Shown here: in pieces, positions 35,770-49,188 of the stretch
Layout: every line of letters begins with the position of its first letter
How positions within the stretch are numbered: the first letter of the stretch is position 1
NCBI GenBank assembly: GCA_963514005.1
Contig: OY740803.1
Span: 20,088,001-20,152,000 of the forward strand
Origin: Raja brachyura
Lineage: Eukaryota
Direction: 5' to 3'
DNA: 64,000 nt
Notes under the pieces: generated by a model
Databases searched by the model: none
Told to the model about the DNA's origin: nothing
The model's input: the letters and a program-made list of their open reading frames with translations, nothing else
Position numbers and translations under genes: made by a program

Positions 35770-36780
35770 TTGGTTTAATATCATTATTTATACTGAGATA
35801 CACTGAGATGCCATCCAGTCAAATCATACCACACAGGAATAGTCACGTCATATACAAGTACAGTCGTTAGTATAAGGAGAATACAGCAGAATGCAGAATA
35901 TAGTATACAGTTATAGTGTTACAGTTATAGACAAAGTGCAGGTAAAAAAAACAAACAGGTTCTGCAATGAGGTAAGTTGGAAGATGGAGTCACATCCTAG
36001 CACATGGGGGGGACTATTCAGTTGTCTGATAACAGTGGGGAAGAAGCTATGTCTGAATCTGATGCAATGTGTTTTTAAGCATTTGCATCTTCTGCTCGAG
36101 CGATTGATCAGTGGGAAAATGCTGTTTGATAATATTGGCTGCATTCCTGAGGCAGTGTGAAGTGTAAATGGAATTGATGGTGTGAGGCTAGCTTGTGTGA
36201 TGAACTAGGACCCATCCACATTTCTCTGCAATTTCCTGTGGACTTGGGCAGAGCTGTCGCCAAACCAACTTGTGATACATCCCAGCGGATAGGCACAAAA
36301 TGCTGGAGTAACTCAGCGGGTCAGGCAGCATCTCTGGAGAGAAGGAATAGGTGACATTTCAGGTCCAGACCCTTCTTCAGACTAAGAGTCGGGGGAGAGG
36401 GAAATTAGAGCTATGAAAAGGTTCAGAAACTTTATAACACATCCCGATAGGATGATGAGGTATCCGCAAATGTTGGCAAGAGTAGTTAGAGAATGCCAAA
36501 CTTCCTTAGTCTTTTGGGAATGTTGGTGTGCATTATTGGCCCCAGCTTTAACATGGTTGGACCAGGACTTGTTGGTGATATTTACAGTACACCTTGGGAC
36601 TGAAGGTCTCCAGCATCTTCACTTCAGCACCATTGATGCTGACTAAGGCATGTACGCCACCTCATTTCCTGGTCAATAACTTGCTCCTTCACCTTGGTGA
36701 TGCCGAGAGTTGTTGTCTTGTCCCCATTTTAATAATCTCTGTCTCCTCTCTGTACTCTGGCACATCATGGTTCGCGATCA
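35770..36780 (-). mobile_element. Degenerate Rex1-like LINE interrupted by a Penelope-derived hammerhead repeat (~36290-36430)
   Basis: RFRHSFFPTVIRQLN motif. Confidence 0.6.
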
Positions 36781-37369
36781 GGCCCAAAACTCCTCAGCTG
36801 GCCCGCCGGCTGGGCTTTGTGTGCAGTCCAGCACCCGGGCCAACTCATCATTCACCCAGCCACAGCCGAGTCAGACAACGAATTGCCTTCAGGAATTTGT
36901 CCCTTATTTTGACCTTTTGTCCCTTATTTGGGACTGAGAAAGTTGGAAACCTGAGTGCTAACATATGTGGAATAACACTAACAATATTGAACAGACATTA
37001 AGAATGTATTAAGAGTTTTGCACTGTTCTTTTACTTTGTATATATGTTTTATCACGAATACAGTTCATTTTCGAACTTTAAAAAGTAAACAAAGGGGCTG
37101 AGAACCAATCGTTACCAGGCATTAGAGTTGAGAATTATTGTTGAGCTTGTGTTGTTGCCTTTCCTCTTTAAATATTTGGGTTAAAACTGTAATTGTAACA
37201 TTCCTACAAGTATGTTTATTTTAATCTAATTTTCATTTTCAACATTAATTGACTCATTTTGGATCTTGTTATTGCTTTTCCTAGCTCTCACAGTCAATTG
37301 GATTTCCACTTTTACTTGTAGTTCATGATTTACCAGTCCTGATATTGGTGGATTTTGGGGCATGTGACA

Positions 37370-40300
37370 ATAGACAATAGACAATCGACAATACAGTAGG
37401 TGCAAGAGTAGGCCATTCGGCCCTTCGAGCAAGCACTGCCATTCACTGGGATCATGGCCGATCACCCTGTTCCTGACTTCTCCCCATATCCTTTTCCTCA
37501 TCTCTGTTCTAAAAAGGTTTTTCTACATCTCCTTTCTAAATGGCCCACCCCTTATTATTAAACTGTGGAACCTGGTTCTGGATTCCAACATCGGGAGCAT
37601 GTTTCCTGCCTCTAGCGTGTCCAATCCCTTAATAATCTTATATGTTTCAATAAAATTAGATCCCCTCTCGTCCTTCTAAATTCCAGTGTATACAAGCCCA
37701 GTCGCTCCATTCTTTCAACATATGACAGTCCCGCCATCCTGCGAATTAACCTCGTGAACCTACGCTGCACTCCCTCAATGTCAATAATGAAATTCCACAC
37801 ATTTGGAGACCAAAACTGCGCACAATACTCCAAGTGTGGTCTCACTAGGGCCCTGTACAACTGCAGAAGGACCTCTTTGTCCGATACTCAACTCTTGTTA
37901 TGAAGGCCAACATACCATTCGCTTTAGAAACATAGAAACATAGAAAAATAGGTGCGGGAGTAGGCCATTCGGCCCTTCGAGCCTGCACCGCCATTCAATG
38001 TGATCATGGCTGATCATCCAAATCAGTATCCCGTACCTGCCTTCTCTCCATACCCCCGATCCCTTTAGCCACAAGTGCCACATCCAACGCCCTCTTAAAT
38101 ATAGCCAATGAACTGGCCTCAACTACCTTCTGTGGCAGAGAATTCCAGAGACTCACCACTTGCTGTGTAAAGAATGTTTTCCTCATCTCGGTCCTAAAGG
38201 AATTCCCCCTTATTCTTAGACTGTGACCCCTTGTTCTGGACTCCCCCAACATCGGGAACAATCTTCCAGCATCTAGCTTGTCCAACCCCTTAAGAATTTT
38301 GTAAGTTTCTATAAGATTCCCCCTCAATCTTCTAAATTCCAGCGAGTACAAGCCGAGTCTATCCAATCTTTCCTCATATGAAAGTTCTGACATCCCAGGA
38401 ATCAGTCTGGTGAATCTTCTCTGTACCCCCTCTATGGCAAGAATGTCTTTCCTCAGATTTGGAGACCAAAACTGTACACAATACTCCAGGTGTGGCCTCA
38501 CCAAAACCCTGTACAACTGCAGTAGAACGTCCCTGCTCCTATACTCAAATCCTTTCGCTATGAATGCTAACATACCATTTGCTTTCTTCACTGCCTGCTG
38601 CACCTGCATGCCTATTTTCAATGTGTTAAAGAAGGAACTGCAGATGCTGGAGAATCGAGGGTTACACAAAAAGCTGGAGAAACTCAGCGGGTGCAGCAGC
38701 ATCTAAGGAGCGAAGGAGATAGGCGACGTTTCGGGTCGAGACCCTTCTTCATAACCTCACATTTATCCACATTATACTGCATCTGCCATGCATCTGCCCA
38801 TTCACTCAGCCTATCCAAATCACCCTGCAGCCTCCAAGCATCCTCCTCACACCTAACTATACCCCCCAGCTTGGTGTCATCTGCAAATTTGGAGATGTTG
38901 CATTGAATTCCCTCGTCCAAATCATTAATATATATTGTAAATAGCTGGGGTCCCAGCACCGAGCCTTGCGGTACCCCACTAGTCACTGCCTGCCATTCTG
39001 AAAAGGACCCGTTTACTCCTACCCTTTGCTTCCTGTCTGCTAGCCAGTTCTCTATCCACATCAATACTGAACCCCCAATACCATGTGCTTTAGGTTTGTT
39101 TGCTAATCTCTTATGCGGGACCTTGTCGAAAGCCTTCTGAAAGTCTAGATATAACACATCCACTGGTTCTCCCTTATCCACTCTACTAGTTACATCCTCG
39201 AAAAATTCTATCAGATTTGTCAGACATGATTTACCTTTTGTAAATCCATGCTGACTTTGTCCAATGATTTCACCACTTTCCAAATGCGCTGCTATCCCAT
39301 CTTTAATAACTGACTCTAGCAGTTTCCCCAGTACCGATGTTAGACTAACTGGTCTGTAATTCCCCGCTTTCTCTCTCCCTCCTTTTTTTAAAAGTGAAAT
39401 TACATTAGCTACCCTCCAATCCTCAGGAACTACTCCAGAATCTAAGGAATTTTGAAAAATGCATCCACTATTTCTGTGGCTACCTCCTTGAGTACTCTGG
39501 GATGCAGACTATCTGTCCCTGGGGATTTATCGGCCTTCAATCCGTTCAATTTACCCAACACCACCTCCCGGCTAACCTGGGTTTCACTCAGTTCCTCCAT
39601 CTTATTTGACCCCCGTTCCACTGCTATTTCCGGCAGATTATTTATGTCTTCCTTAGTGAAGACAGAACCAAAGTAGTTATTCAATTGGTCTGCCATGTCC
39701 TTGTTCCCCATGATCAATTCACCTGTTTCTGACTGCAAGGGACCAACATTTGTTTTAACTAGTCTCTTTCTCTTCACATATCTATAAAAACTTTTGCAGT
39801 CAGTTTTTATGTTCCCTGCCAGTTTCCTTTCATAATCTATTTCCCCTTTCCTAATAAAGCCCTTTGTCCTCCTCTAAAGGGCAGAAAACACTAGTGGGAG
39901 TTGTGTACAGGCCACCTAACAGTAGTATTGGAGTTGGGGATGGATTCTGAATTTCTCCCAGTCCTCCGGTAGGCTGCTTTTTCTGGCCAATTTGTATGCC
40001 TCATCTTTTGTTTTTATACTATCCCTGATTTCCCTTGTAATCCATTGGTGCACCACCTTCCCTGATTTATTCTTTTGCCAAACTGGTATGAACAATTTTT
40101 GTACTTCATCCATGCAGTCTTTAAATGCCTTCCATTGCACATCCACTGTCAACCCTTTAAGAATCACCTGCCAGTCTATCTTGGCCAATTCACATCTCAT
40201 ACCTTCAAAGTTACCTTTGTTCAAGTTCAGAACCCTTGTTTCTGACTTAATTTTGTCACTCTCCATCCTAATGAAGAACTCAACCATATTATGGTCACTC

Positions 40301-41325
40301 TTGCCCAAGGGGCCACGCACAACAAGACTGCTAACTAACCCTTCCTCATTACTCAATACCCAGTCTAGAATAGCCTGCTCTCTCGTTGGTTCCTCCACAT
40401 GTTGGTTGAGAAAACTATCCCGCATACATTCCAAGAAATCCTCTTCCTCAGCACCCCTGCCAATTTGATTCACGCAATCTACATGCAGATTGAAGTCACC
40501 CATTATAACCATGTTACCCTTGTTGCACGCATTTCTAATTTCCTGTTTGATGCCATCCCCAACTCCAATACTACTGTTAGGTGGCCTGTACACAACTCCC
40601 ACTAGTGTTTTCTGCCCTTTAGAGTTTCTCAGCTCTACCCATATCGATTCCACATCCCCCACGCTAATGTCCTTCCTTTCTATTGCATTAATCTCCTCTC
40701 TCACCAGCAACGCTACCCCACCTCCTTTTCCTTTTCATCTATCCCTCCTGAATATTGAATATCCCTGGATGTTCTGCTCCCAGCCTTGGTCACCCTGGAG
40801 CCATGTCTCCATGATCCCAACTATAGCATAGTCATTAATCGCTATCTGCACCTTCAACTCATCCACCTTATTACGAATGCTCCTCGCATTGAGACACAGA
40901 GCCTTCAGGCTTGTTTTTACAACACTCTTACTCCTTATACAATTATGTTGACAAGTGGCCCCTTTCACATCGATCCCTATTACACTTGGCCATACTCTCC
41001 TATCCCTTTGTGAGCTTTCTTTCCCGTTAATTCTGGGGTCATTAACCACCCCTTTACTCTCTTTCCCTTTAACTCCATCCTCGACTATCCCATTTGACAC
41101 CCCACCCCCCTTATTCAGTTTAAAACCATCCGTGTAGCAGTGGCAAACATGCCGGCCAGAATGCTGGTCCCCCACCTGTTAAGATGCAATCCGTCCCTTT
41201 TGTACAGTTCCCCCTTACTCCAAAACAGATCCCAGTGATCTAAGAATCTAAATCCCTGCCCGTGCACCAGCTCCTCAGCCACACATTAGGGTCCCATATC
41301 TCCCTGTTCCTGCTCTCGCCAGCAT
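37370..41325 (-). mobile_element. CR1 LINE cluster: short copy 37370-37924 abutting a long EN-RT copy 37925-41325
   Basis: ORFs 39916-40710 (EN: GVVYRPPN, MGDFN, LGKSDH), 38684-39283 (RT: YLDFQKAFD, PQGSVLGP, KFADD) and 38004-38702; tails (gacaata)n and (tagaaaca)n. Confidence 0.92.
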
Positions 41326-41800
41326 GGAAGCAAACCGGAGATAACAACCTTTCTTCACTGCCTGCTGTTCCTGCATGCTTACTTTCGCTTACATGCTTAT
41401 ATGTGACTTTGAAGTTTAGAGATGCAGCGTGGAAACAGGTCCTGTAGCCCACAGTGTCCATGTCAACCAGCAACCAACTGTACACTAGCACTATCCTACA
41501 CTAGGGTCAAATTACAGAAGCCAATAAACCTACAAACTTGTACACCTTTGGAGTGTGGGAGGAAATTGCAGCACCTGGAGAAAACCCATAGGGAGAACCT
41601 GGGCCTCCTGCATTGTGCTTGTGTATTCTTAATGTTAGGTAAAAAAAATATTCACTCATGTCATATATATCTGAGAGGTCAGAATTCCTATTAACTTCCA
41701 TTCCCACTTACCTCCTTACCCCTCCTACACATATTGATATTCATGAGCCCATAAGCACATGATATGTTTGCTTTGGAAACTGACACAACCATGCTACATT

Positions 41801-41937
41801 CAGTCTGAAGAAGGGTCTCGACCCGAAACATCACCCATTCCTTCTCTCCAGAGATGCTGCGTGCCCCGCTGAGTTACTCCAGCTTTTTGTGTCTATCTTC
41901 GATTTAAACCAGCATCTGCAGTTCTTTCTTACACAGT
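41801..41937 (+). mobile_element. 137-bp hammerhead-bearing Penelope-derived element with 11-bp TSD
   Basis: catgctacatt at 41790-41800 and 41938-41948; begins cagtCTGAAGAagggtctcgacccGAAAcATCacc. Confidence 0.85.
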
Positions 41938-43268
41938 CATGCTACATTTTGGCAGGCAGTGGCTAAAAGTACAAAAATAAGGTTATGTAACAAATATTTC
42001 AACAGCCACTGCACTGAGAGGGAAGTGAGAGTAACAGCGGATGAAGGTTCAAGCATTGGAAACAGGGAATAGAACCCGTGAGCTCAGATATTTTACACCA
42101 TTGTGACAAAGGTATAAGTAGCCCTGTGTTTTCAACCCTACAATGTGACTAAGGAGGTTCCAAACTAATAATGTTATCCCGAGGTTAATTAAACTGTGGT
42201 CTGTGGAGGAAAATGACAGACAACCTTTCAGGTTGGGACCCTTGTTAAGTCAGAAAAAGAGTCCTGTCCCAAGATGTCATCTGTCCATTACTTCCACAGA
42301 CATTGCATGGCCTTTTGAATTATTTCATCAATATGTGCTTTGCCCACTATTCCAGCATCTGCAGTTCCTTATGCCTGCATCGCCATAGACATATTTGTTC
42401 AGTCAGTCATTACTTGGGGTGTTGATCTATCCAAAGATCTATCCTTCACAATATTATGGCAACAGAAGGATCTTTCCGATGTTGGCATCTGCCCTCAGAA
42501 GGTTTATGAATGTTGACATGATCTACAGTAGGTAACTTGCCTCAACAAAGGCATTTGAATATTCAAATTTAATACTGTCATTTGCAGTGATGGAAATGGG
42601 TTTTAGGAACTAGGGGCACTCTAAGGTACATGAGGCTGAGGTTGGGAAGGAAGGGGGGGGGGGGTGGGGGTTATGTGTGGTCATACCCATGCAAGAGTAC
42701 AAGAATGCATAACTTGTTTATTGTGTACTTATAATATAGTTTATAGTGTATTATATGTCATAGCTGTTTTCTGGCATCTCTTTCTCTCTCTGTTTACATT
42801 ACAAAATGTTGCATAATGGTATATAATCTCAATTTTTTTCTGTCATCCTCTTTCTATCTGCGTGCCGTTTCTTCCGCACGGCTTCTGCCACGAAGAAGCC
42901 ATGTCCTCGCATATTCTTCGGGGTTGAATTTTGACAGAGGAGTTCCCACCAACTTAATAAATAGAAGAGTTGAGAGATGATCAGTTTGAAGTCTTGCATG
43001 TTGTGGTCACATGCAGAAATTTATGCCACTGATGCTTCTTTCACAATCTGCTGTTGATACCGGAATTGTATTTACAGCTGTGAGCAGCTGTTGAAAATCT
43101 ACAGACACTGTCTTCCCTTGATTCTTTGAATTCTCTGAAGGCTCTGACACAAAGCCGACCATTTTAGCCAATTTGTTCTGCCATTTCTTCTACATCATTA
43201 TCCCCAAAGGTAAAAAATGAATCTTCTGGAATATTGTTAATATCTAAACATTTCGACTTGTTAATTAA

Positions 43269-43847
43269 AGGGCCTATTCCACCAGCATGCAACTCTATGC
43301 GATGAGCGCGACCTAACGTGGTCGCTTGAGCCGTCCGGCGTCGCGGGGCCGGTCCCACTTCGATCACGGGAGCCGTGCGGAATTGTGCGGAGTTCGTCCC
43401 GACATCGCACGGGGCTACGAAAAACTGACTATGTTCAAAAATTCCGCGCGGCACCGGCTTGTCAGCTCGCAGTCGCCTCGACGCATTACACACCGTCTCG
43501 ACGTCGTGCCTCCGTGACCCTCTCTGTAGGTGCCTCCGTGACCCTCTATGTGTGTGGCTCCGTGGCCCTCTGTGTGTGCGCCTCTGTGCCCCTCTCTGTG
43601 TGCCCCTCTCTGTCCTGGCGAACTTACCCTGAAGACTTTGCTCCAAGTTCGCCTCACTTTGCGCCGCATTGCGCCACTCACCCGACCTCCGCGCGGCCCT
43701 CGCTGCCGGTTTGGTCGCGCTTGCCGCATGCAGGCGCATGCTGGTGGGAACGGCCCTGTACAGGAGATAACCTGACCTCCACGCGGCCCCCGTTTCTAGT
43801 TTGATCGCGCTCATCGCATGGAGTCGGATGCTGGTAGGACAGGCCCT
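43269..43847. mobile_element. PIF/Harbinger MITE with internal minisatellite
   Basis: TIRs agggcctattccaccagcatgc / ggatgctggtaggacaggccct; TAA TSD at 43266-43268 and 43848-43850. Confidence 0.85.
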
Positions 43848-45249
43848 TAACTTTTTACAAGCTGTTGTAGATTCAAGCAGCCTGGATTTCATATTATTGA
43901 CCAAACTCCTCAACAACTGTTGTCCATGTATAGTAGGTACTTTACCAGCTCTCAAATTTATTCCATTAAATATCTTGTTGCTTTCTCCACTTGAGTATAA
44001 CATTTTCCTGGCTTCTCTGTTTGACATTCAAGAATCTTGATAGTTTGTTTAATTTCCTCATGTGCTTTACTAAGTGTTTAATTTCGATTCTGCAGGTCAA
44101 GTGACAGTTCAGACAGCTCTAGTAACCTGTCCATCAACAAGCCCAAATTATCTACGATAGCTGATGCTTCTAATATTTTTTTTGCAGCCCCTCTGCACTA
44201 GATCTTGAAGCATCACATCTCCAAAATGCTCCCAAATAGCTTTATAAGACGGCCGCATTGCCTTTACAGTTCGGTAAGATGAAGCAACCCATCTCACACT
44301 GCAAACACGACCAATTTTCAACAGTTGACAATGAAGAGCCTCAGCGCATGCAGTTAACTCATCCTGATTCTTAGGAGACCTATGATATAAGGAAGACAAA
44401 TGATCGCAAACTATGATTGAAATCTGCAACTTCACTTATAGCATCACCTACACTGAGATCAAGCCAGTGCCAAACAGTTGCATTAGGGAAATCATCAAGA
44501 AATAGTTTTGCAACCCCTGCATTTCGTCCTGACATTACTGATGCACCATCAGTTACAATTTTTATCACATTTTCATTTAGGTTATGGAAAAAACACCTCT
44601 TTGTAAGCAACTTAGAAGCCCATCATATATAGATTGTGCATTTGCACCAAGTCTCATATGTTCTAAGTCAAAATAGTAAGATTAAACGAGAACTTACCTG
44701 TTCGAAGTTTGATCTTTATTTTATGAGGAGTTACGATGAGGGATTACATGAAGAAGCCCCGCCAGGCGCATGCGCGTCATACTTCAAAGCAGCGGCATGA
44801 AAACACAGAAACTATAGCCACAGTGATATAATAAGAATCAGAAGACTAGAACTACCAGATGATCTTTGCGATTATGAGGGCCGGGAGTGGAGGGCACGTA
44901 ATCCCTCATCGTAACTCCTCATAAAATAAAGATCAAACTTCAAACTGGTAAGTTCTCGTTTAATCTTACTATTTTACTTCGGAGTCACGTGAGTGACTAC
45001 GTGTAGATTTCAAAGCTCTGTGATTTCATGCCGTAGATCCATTCCATACGACACATTGCTTCAGTTGACACAGTAGTAGTGAATAAATAATGTATTAAAC
45101 ATTGCTTCGAATTATCCAATAATCATTTTTTAAATAACAAAACAGTAATAACCCCTCTATCCCAGGGGAATTACAAATGAAATTTATAAAGACAAAGCAA
45201 ATCAAATCAAACGGAACCCAACACAGCATGCCCAATTCCTGGCACTGTC

Positions 45250-46100
45250 AGGACAGGTTTATCATAAATTTTAGAAAAGTTAATTCCTTAGACCATCCTG
45301 CGGCCTCGCTGCGGATTTAATGCCGTCCTGGTGGAGTGAGATTCAAACACATGTCTACTCCAGCGGAATCTAAAACCTGTTTTAACCATCTAGAAATAGT
45401 TTACACTGACACCTTTTTATGAGTTGTTTTGTGACTGATAAGCATTGCTGTCTCAGAGCCTCTGAGACTCTTAGTTACCTCAATATATTGACTCAGGTGC
45501 TTCACTACACATAACGTTTGGTCAACAGGCTATGCTTTAAAGCTTACTTTGGTTCCAGCCATTCCTAGCCTGCTTTCTTTGATTAAATCATACATATAAA
45601 ACGTAATGTTATCTGCAGAAGACTACATGCTATCTAGTCGTAACGTTTGCACTCGTTGCGCTGATACTAGCGCCATGAGCTTAACCATTCTAAGTGTTAA
45701 CCTCTGAAAATACAATGACGTAATTGGAGCCCATTGCCAACTCAGTGTGAGAACTATACTGACATCCCAGATTTCAGTATATTTAGGCTTAGGAAAATTT
45801 TTGTTAAAGATTCCTCTCATGAATCGGGACACTAATGGATGAGACCCGATAGGTTGTTGTTCTGAAACTGCCCTAAATAGGAGGGCAAAGCACTCCGAGC
45901 ACTATAAATGGCACTATAACTCAAGTGTTCATCAAAATGCAATGTAGCAAGGAACTCCAATACATCCGGTATTCTTGCAGTATGATAAGGTATATCTGAC
46001 TGTAAACAAACATCTCCCATTTCTTAATATGAGACACATATTGTTTCCTAGTGCTATCTCTCCAAGCTGCATTTATCACATCCATGGTCCTATTCGACAG
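45250..46100 (-). pseudogene. DIRS tyrosine recombinase (frameshifted)
   Basis: LSYSAIYSARSAL, RFMRGIFN..P.PKY..IWDV, LMALVSAQRVQTL, and HSTR at ~45325-45338. Confidence 0.85.
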
Positions 46101-46123
46101 TCCAAGGCCTTAGAATGGTCTGG

Positions 46124-48160
46124 TCAGAACCTGCAGATTAACAAACTAATACCATCATGTAGCGAATGACTTTCTCCTGTTACTGGATGCACCAACAAAT
46201 TACTGCAGTTGGGGACAGTCATGAATGGCTGAGTCATCAGTCTGAGCACCAATGGGAACCATGGCTGTGTAGGCCAGTCCGGAACCACCAAAACGCCCGA
46301 GGCGGAGTCCTGCTCTATTTTGGTGAGACATTGCCTAATCAGGCAAAATGGGGAAAAAACATAAAAGTATGTACGTCCCCAATGTAGCGAGAATGCATCC
46401 ACCGCTACTGCTCCTGGATCTAGTTCCCATGAAACGTATTTCGGCAACTGGTGATTTAGCCTGGATGCAAACAGATCATATCTGGCAAACCATAGCAGCT
46501 GACAATCAGTTTAAAAACATCAGGATTTAACATCCATTCTATGTTGTCATTAAATTTTTGTGACCTGTTGGCTGCCACCACATTATCTCTACCTGGTAGG
46601 TAGATAGCTGAGACCCAGATGTTTTGAGAAATACACCAGTGCCACATGAGGTTAGCCAGATTATCACATGATACTGACCTTATTCCTCCTATGTGATTGA
46701 TACATGCCACAGCCATGGTATTGTCAATCTGGAGTTGAACATGTAAATTATTCATTGTTGAACAATAAACTTTTAATCCATAGAATGCACCCAGCAATTC
46801 TAAGTAATTTATACCATGTGTAAATAAGCAATTCACATAGTCTTGGAGTGTGAAACATCCTTTAATGATAGCACAGGGTATAACACATGTCAGCAAGCAC
46901 TGGTTACATTCTTCTACTGAACTGTGCCCAGGGAGGGGAAGCTTTATGATTGATGTTAACTAAGGCGGGGTTAATGGTACTGAGGTAGCTATATTATTGG
47001 TTGCATGCATAAACCATCTAAACCATACCTGTGCAGGATTAAATCCTCTTGCACACTCCATCTACCACCTTAGCTAGACTCGCTGTCCGTAGCTCCCCAT
47101 CCCAGAGCACTCACATCTGTTTGTAAAACCACTGAAGGTTGCTGAAACAAAATGTTTTTGGTAGTTTGTACAATATTGATAATCCACCATTGGAATTCAG
47201 CTATGGTTCTGGTTGGTAACTGCATAGGTCTATCAAAATGACCTGCATGTTCTTTAAGTGCTAGTTCTCTAGCTCGTTGCAGACTTTGACAGTGCAGAGG
47301 TCCAAACTCCACTGCAGGGAAAGCTGCCAGCAATTTATCAATAACACTGGCTACTTCCTGGATGGAGGGATATTGTTTTTCAGCGAGACTAGTACAGACC
47401 TCCCTGATCTCCACAACCTTGGCTGTAGGCAAAGTCACTGACATATCAACTGAATCAATGACAAATGCCAAATTATCAATTTTTTGAGATGGCTCTAACT
47501 TGGATTTTGTTGGATGGACCAAAAACCCTAACCTTTCAAACAGGTGTTTGGTTGCTGAAACCGATTCCTCAGCTGTCTCCTGAGTGTTGCTTATGATTAA
47601 AATATCATCTAGATAAGCCATTACAATGTGATTCTGGGCCCAAAGTAGCACCAGCACTGGTTTCAACAATTTCGTGAACAGCCTAGGAGCTGAGGATAAT
47701 CCATTGGGTAATGCTTTAAATTGCCACAGCAGTCCCATCCAACTAAATTTCAAGTATCTCCGATACTGATGATGAATTGGCATTGAATAATATGCATCTT
47801 TCAGGTCTATAGTTGCCATATAACAGCCTTGTGATAACAGCTGTTTTGCAGTATTGAAGGTGTCCATTCTAAAATGCCTATACTGAACACAGGAATTTAA
47901 CTGGTTTAGGTCCAGAATGACTCTACATCCCCCATCTCATTCTCTATCTGGGGAATATACTGGACACAAATTGTTGAGGATGGTTTGTCGTCCTCTCAAT
48001 TACCCCTTTTTGGGACAAAACCGTAATTTCTTCTTTTACCTGCTGAGTTCTGCTGCAGAAAAAAACAATACTCTATTAGGCATATTCTGTACAGGCGGAT
48101 CAATTCCTGACATAAACTGTATTCGAGCCTGACACAGTGTCTAGTATAAACTGATCAGAT
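46124..48160 (-). pseudogene. DIRS pol: reverse transcriptase, RNase H and methyltransferase-like domain
   Basis: IDLKDAYY, LPNGLSSAPRLFTK, AYLDD, TDVSALGWG, INYLELLG, DNT, and AVDAFSLHW...VVPDWPTQPWFP. Confidence 0.9.
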
Positions 48161-48174
48161 GTTATGCAGCACCA

Positions 48175-49188
48175 TTAATCATAAAACAATTGCAACCTAC
48201 CCCCAACCGGAGGTTGATCCCCAGAAATCTTATCCTGGACAGCATGAATCACCTGTACCTCTGCAGTCGGCCTTGAAGTCCTCCTTCTTCCCATACTGGG
48301 GTTATAATTGGGATACACAGGTGGGTAATACCGTTGTCCCACTGGCCCCACTCTGCTTGGCCCTGCCCCTGGATCCGACCCCCTTCGCGCTGAAAACGAC
48401 CTGCGAGGTGGCATTCTGGCAGAAAGAACATATGTCTTCATGAGACAAATTGTTTTAGCCTCTTGCTCCAGGTCCTTGACTTGTTTGAGGAGGTCCACCC
48501 CAAATAAATAATCTGGGGCTTGGATGTTGGTGGACCTACACAAAGCTGCAAATTTCAGGTTCAGCGTCGGCTTTATAGCTATTTTTCTTATGCAGTTGAC
48601 CTCAAAATATGCGTTACAGAACAGGGCCAGCATATATTGTTGTGTGCCAGACATTGGTGCCCCCCGGACTATTTTTCCAAATGCAGTGATGCCTGCTGCC
48701 ACCAACTTGAGGACCCGCTGAAACCTGATTTCTTGTCCACGCATCGCTGGACTCATTTGTGCCCATATAGCAGAGTTCACGGTGGGCACTTTGAGCGACG
48801 CACAATTAACAGGTGTTTTATATCTTGTGGCCGTCTCTTCCATAATCGTATCCTGGAGCTAGTGAGAAGTCATGTAATTAACATTGGCGGCTAGGTTTTC
48901 CTCCATAGCCTCATCAGTCCCTTCCAGAATAGCGAAGTTTCGCGCTATGTCCGGGACACCTGGAGCATGGCTCATGTGCGCTGGTGTGTGCACAAATGCA
49001 GTGACACCAGCTTCAGGGTCAGACTCCTCCTGCCCTGGCCCTCCCGAGTCATGCTCTAGGGAGGTCTCTTCCAGCCCTAAACAAGGTGCTGGAGAGGATG
49101 ATTCCCACTGGTATCCATAAACGGTGTTTTCTTCTTCGCTGTATGCACCTCTGCGAGAGGCTGTGTGGGGAATCCTAGGGGCATTCAA
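48175..49188 (-). pseudogene. DIRS gag-like ORF1 (interrupted)
   Basis: ORFs 48859-49188 and 48175-48843 (YKTPVNCASLKVPTVNSAIW). Confidence 0.7.
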
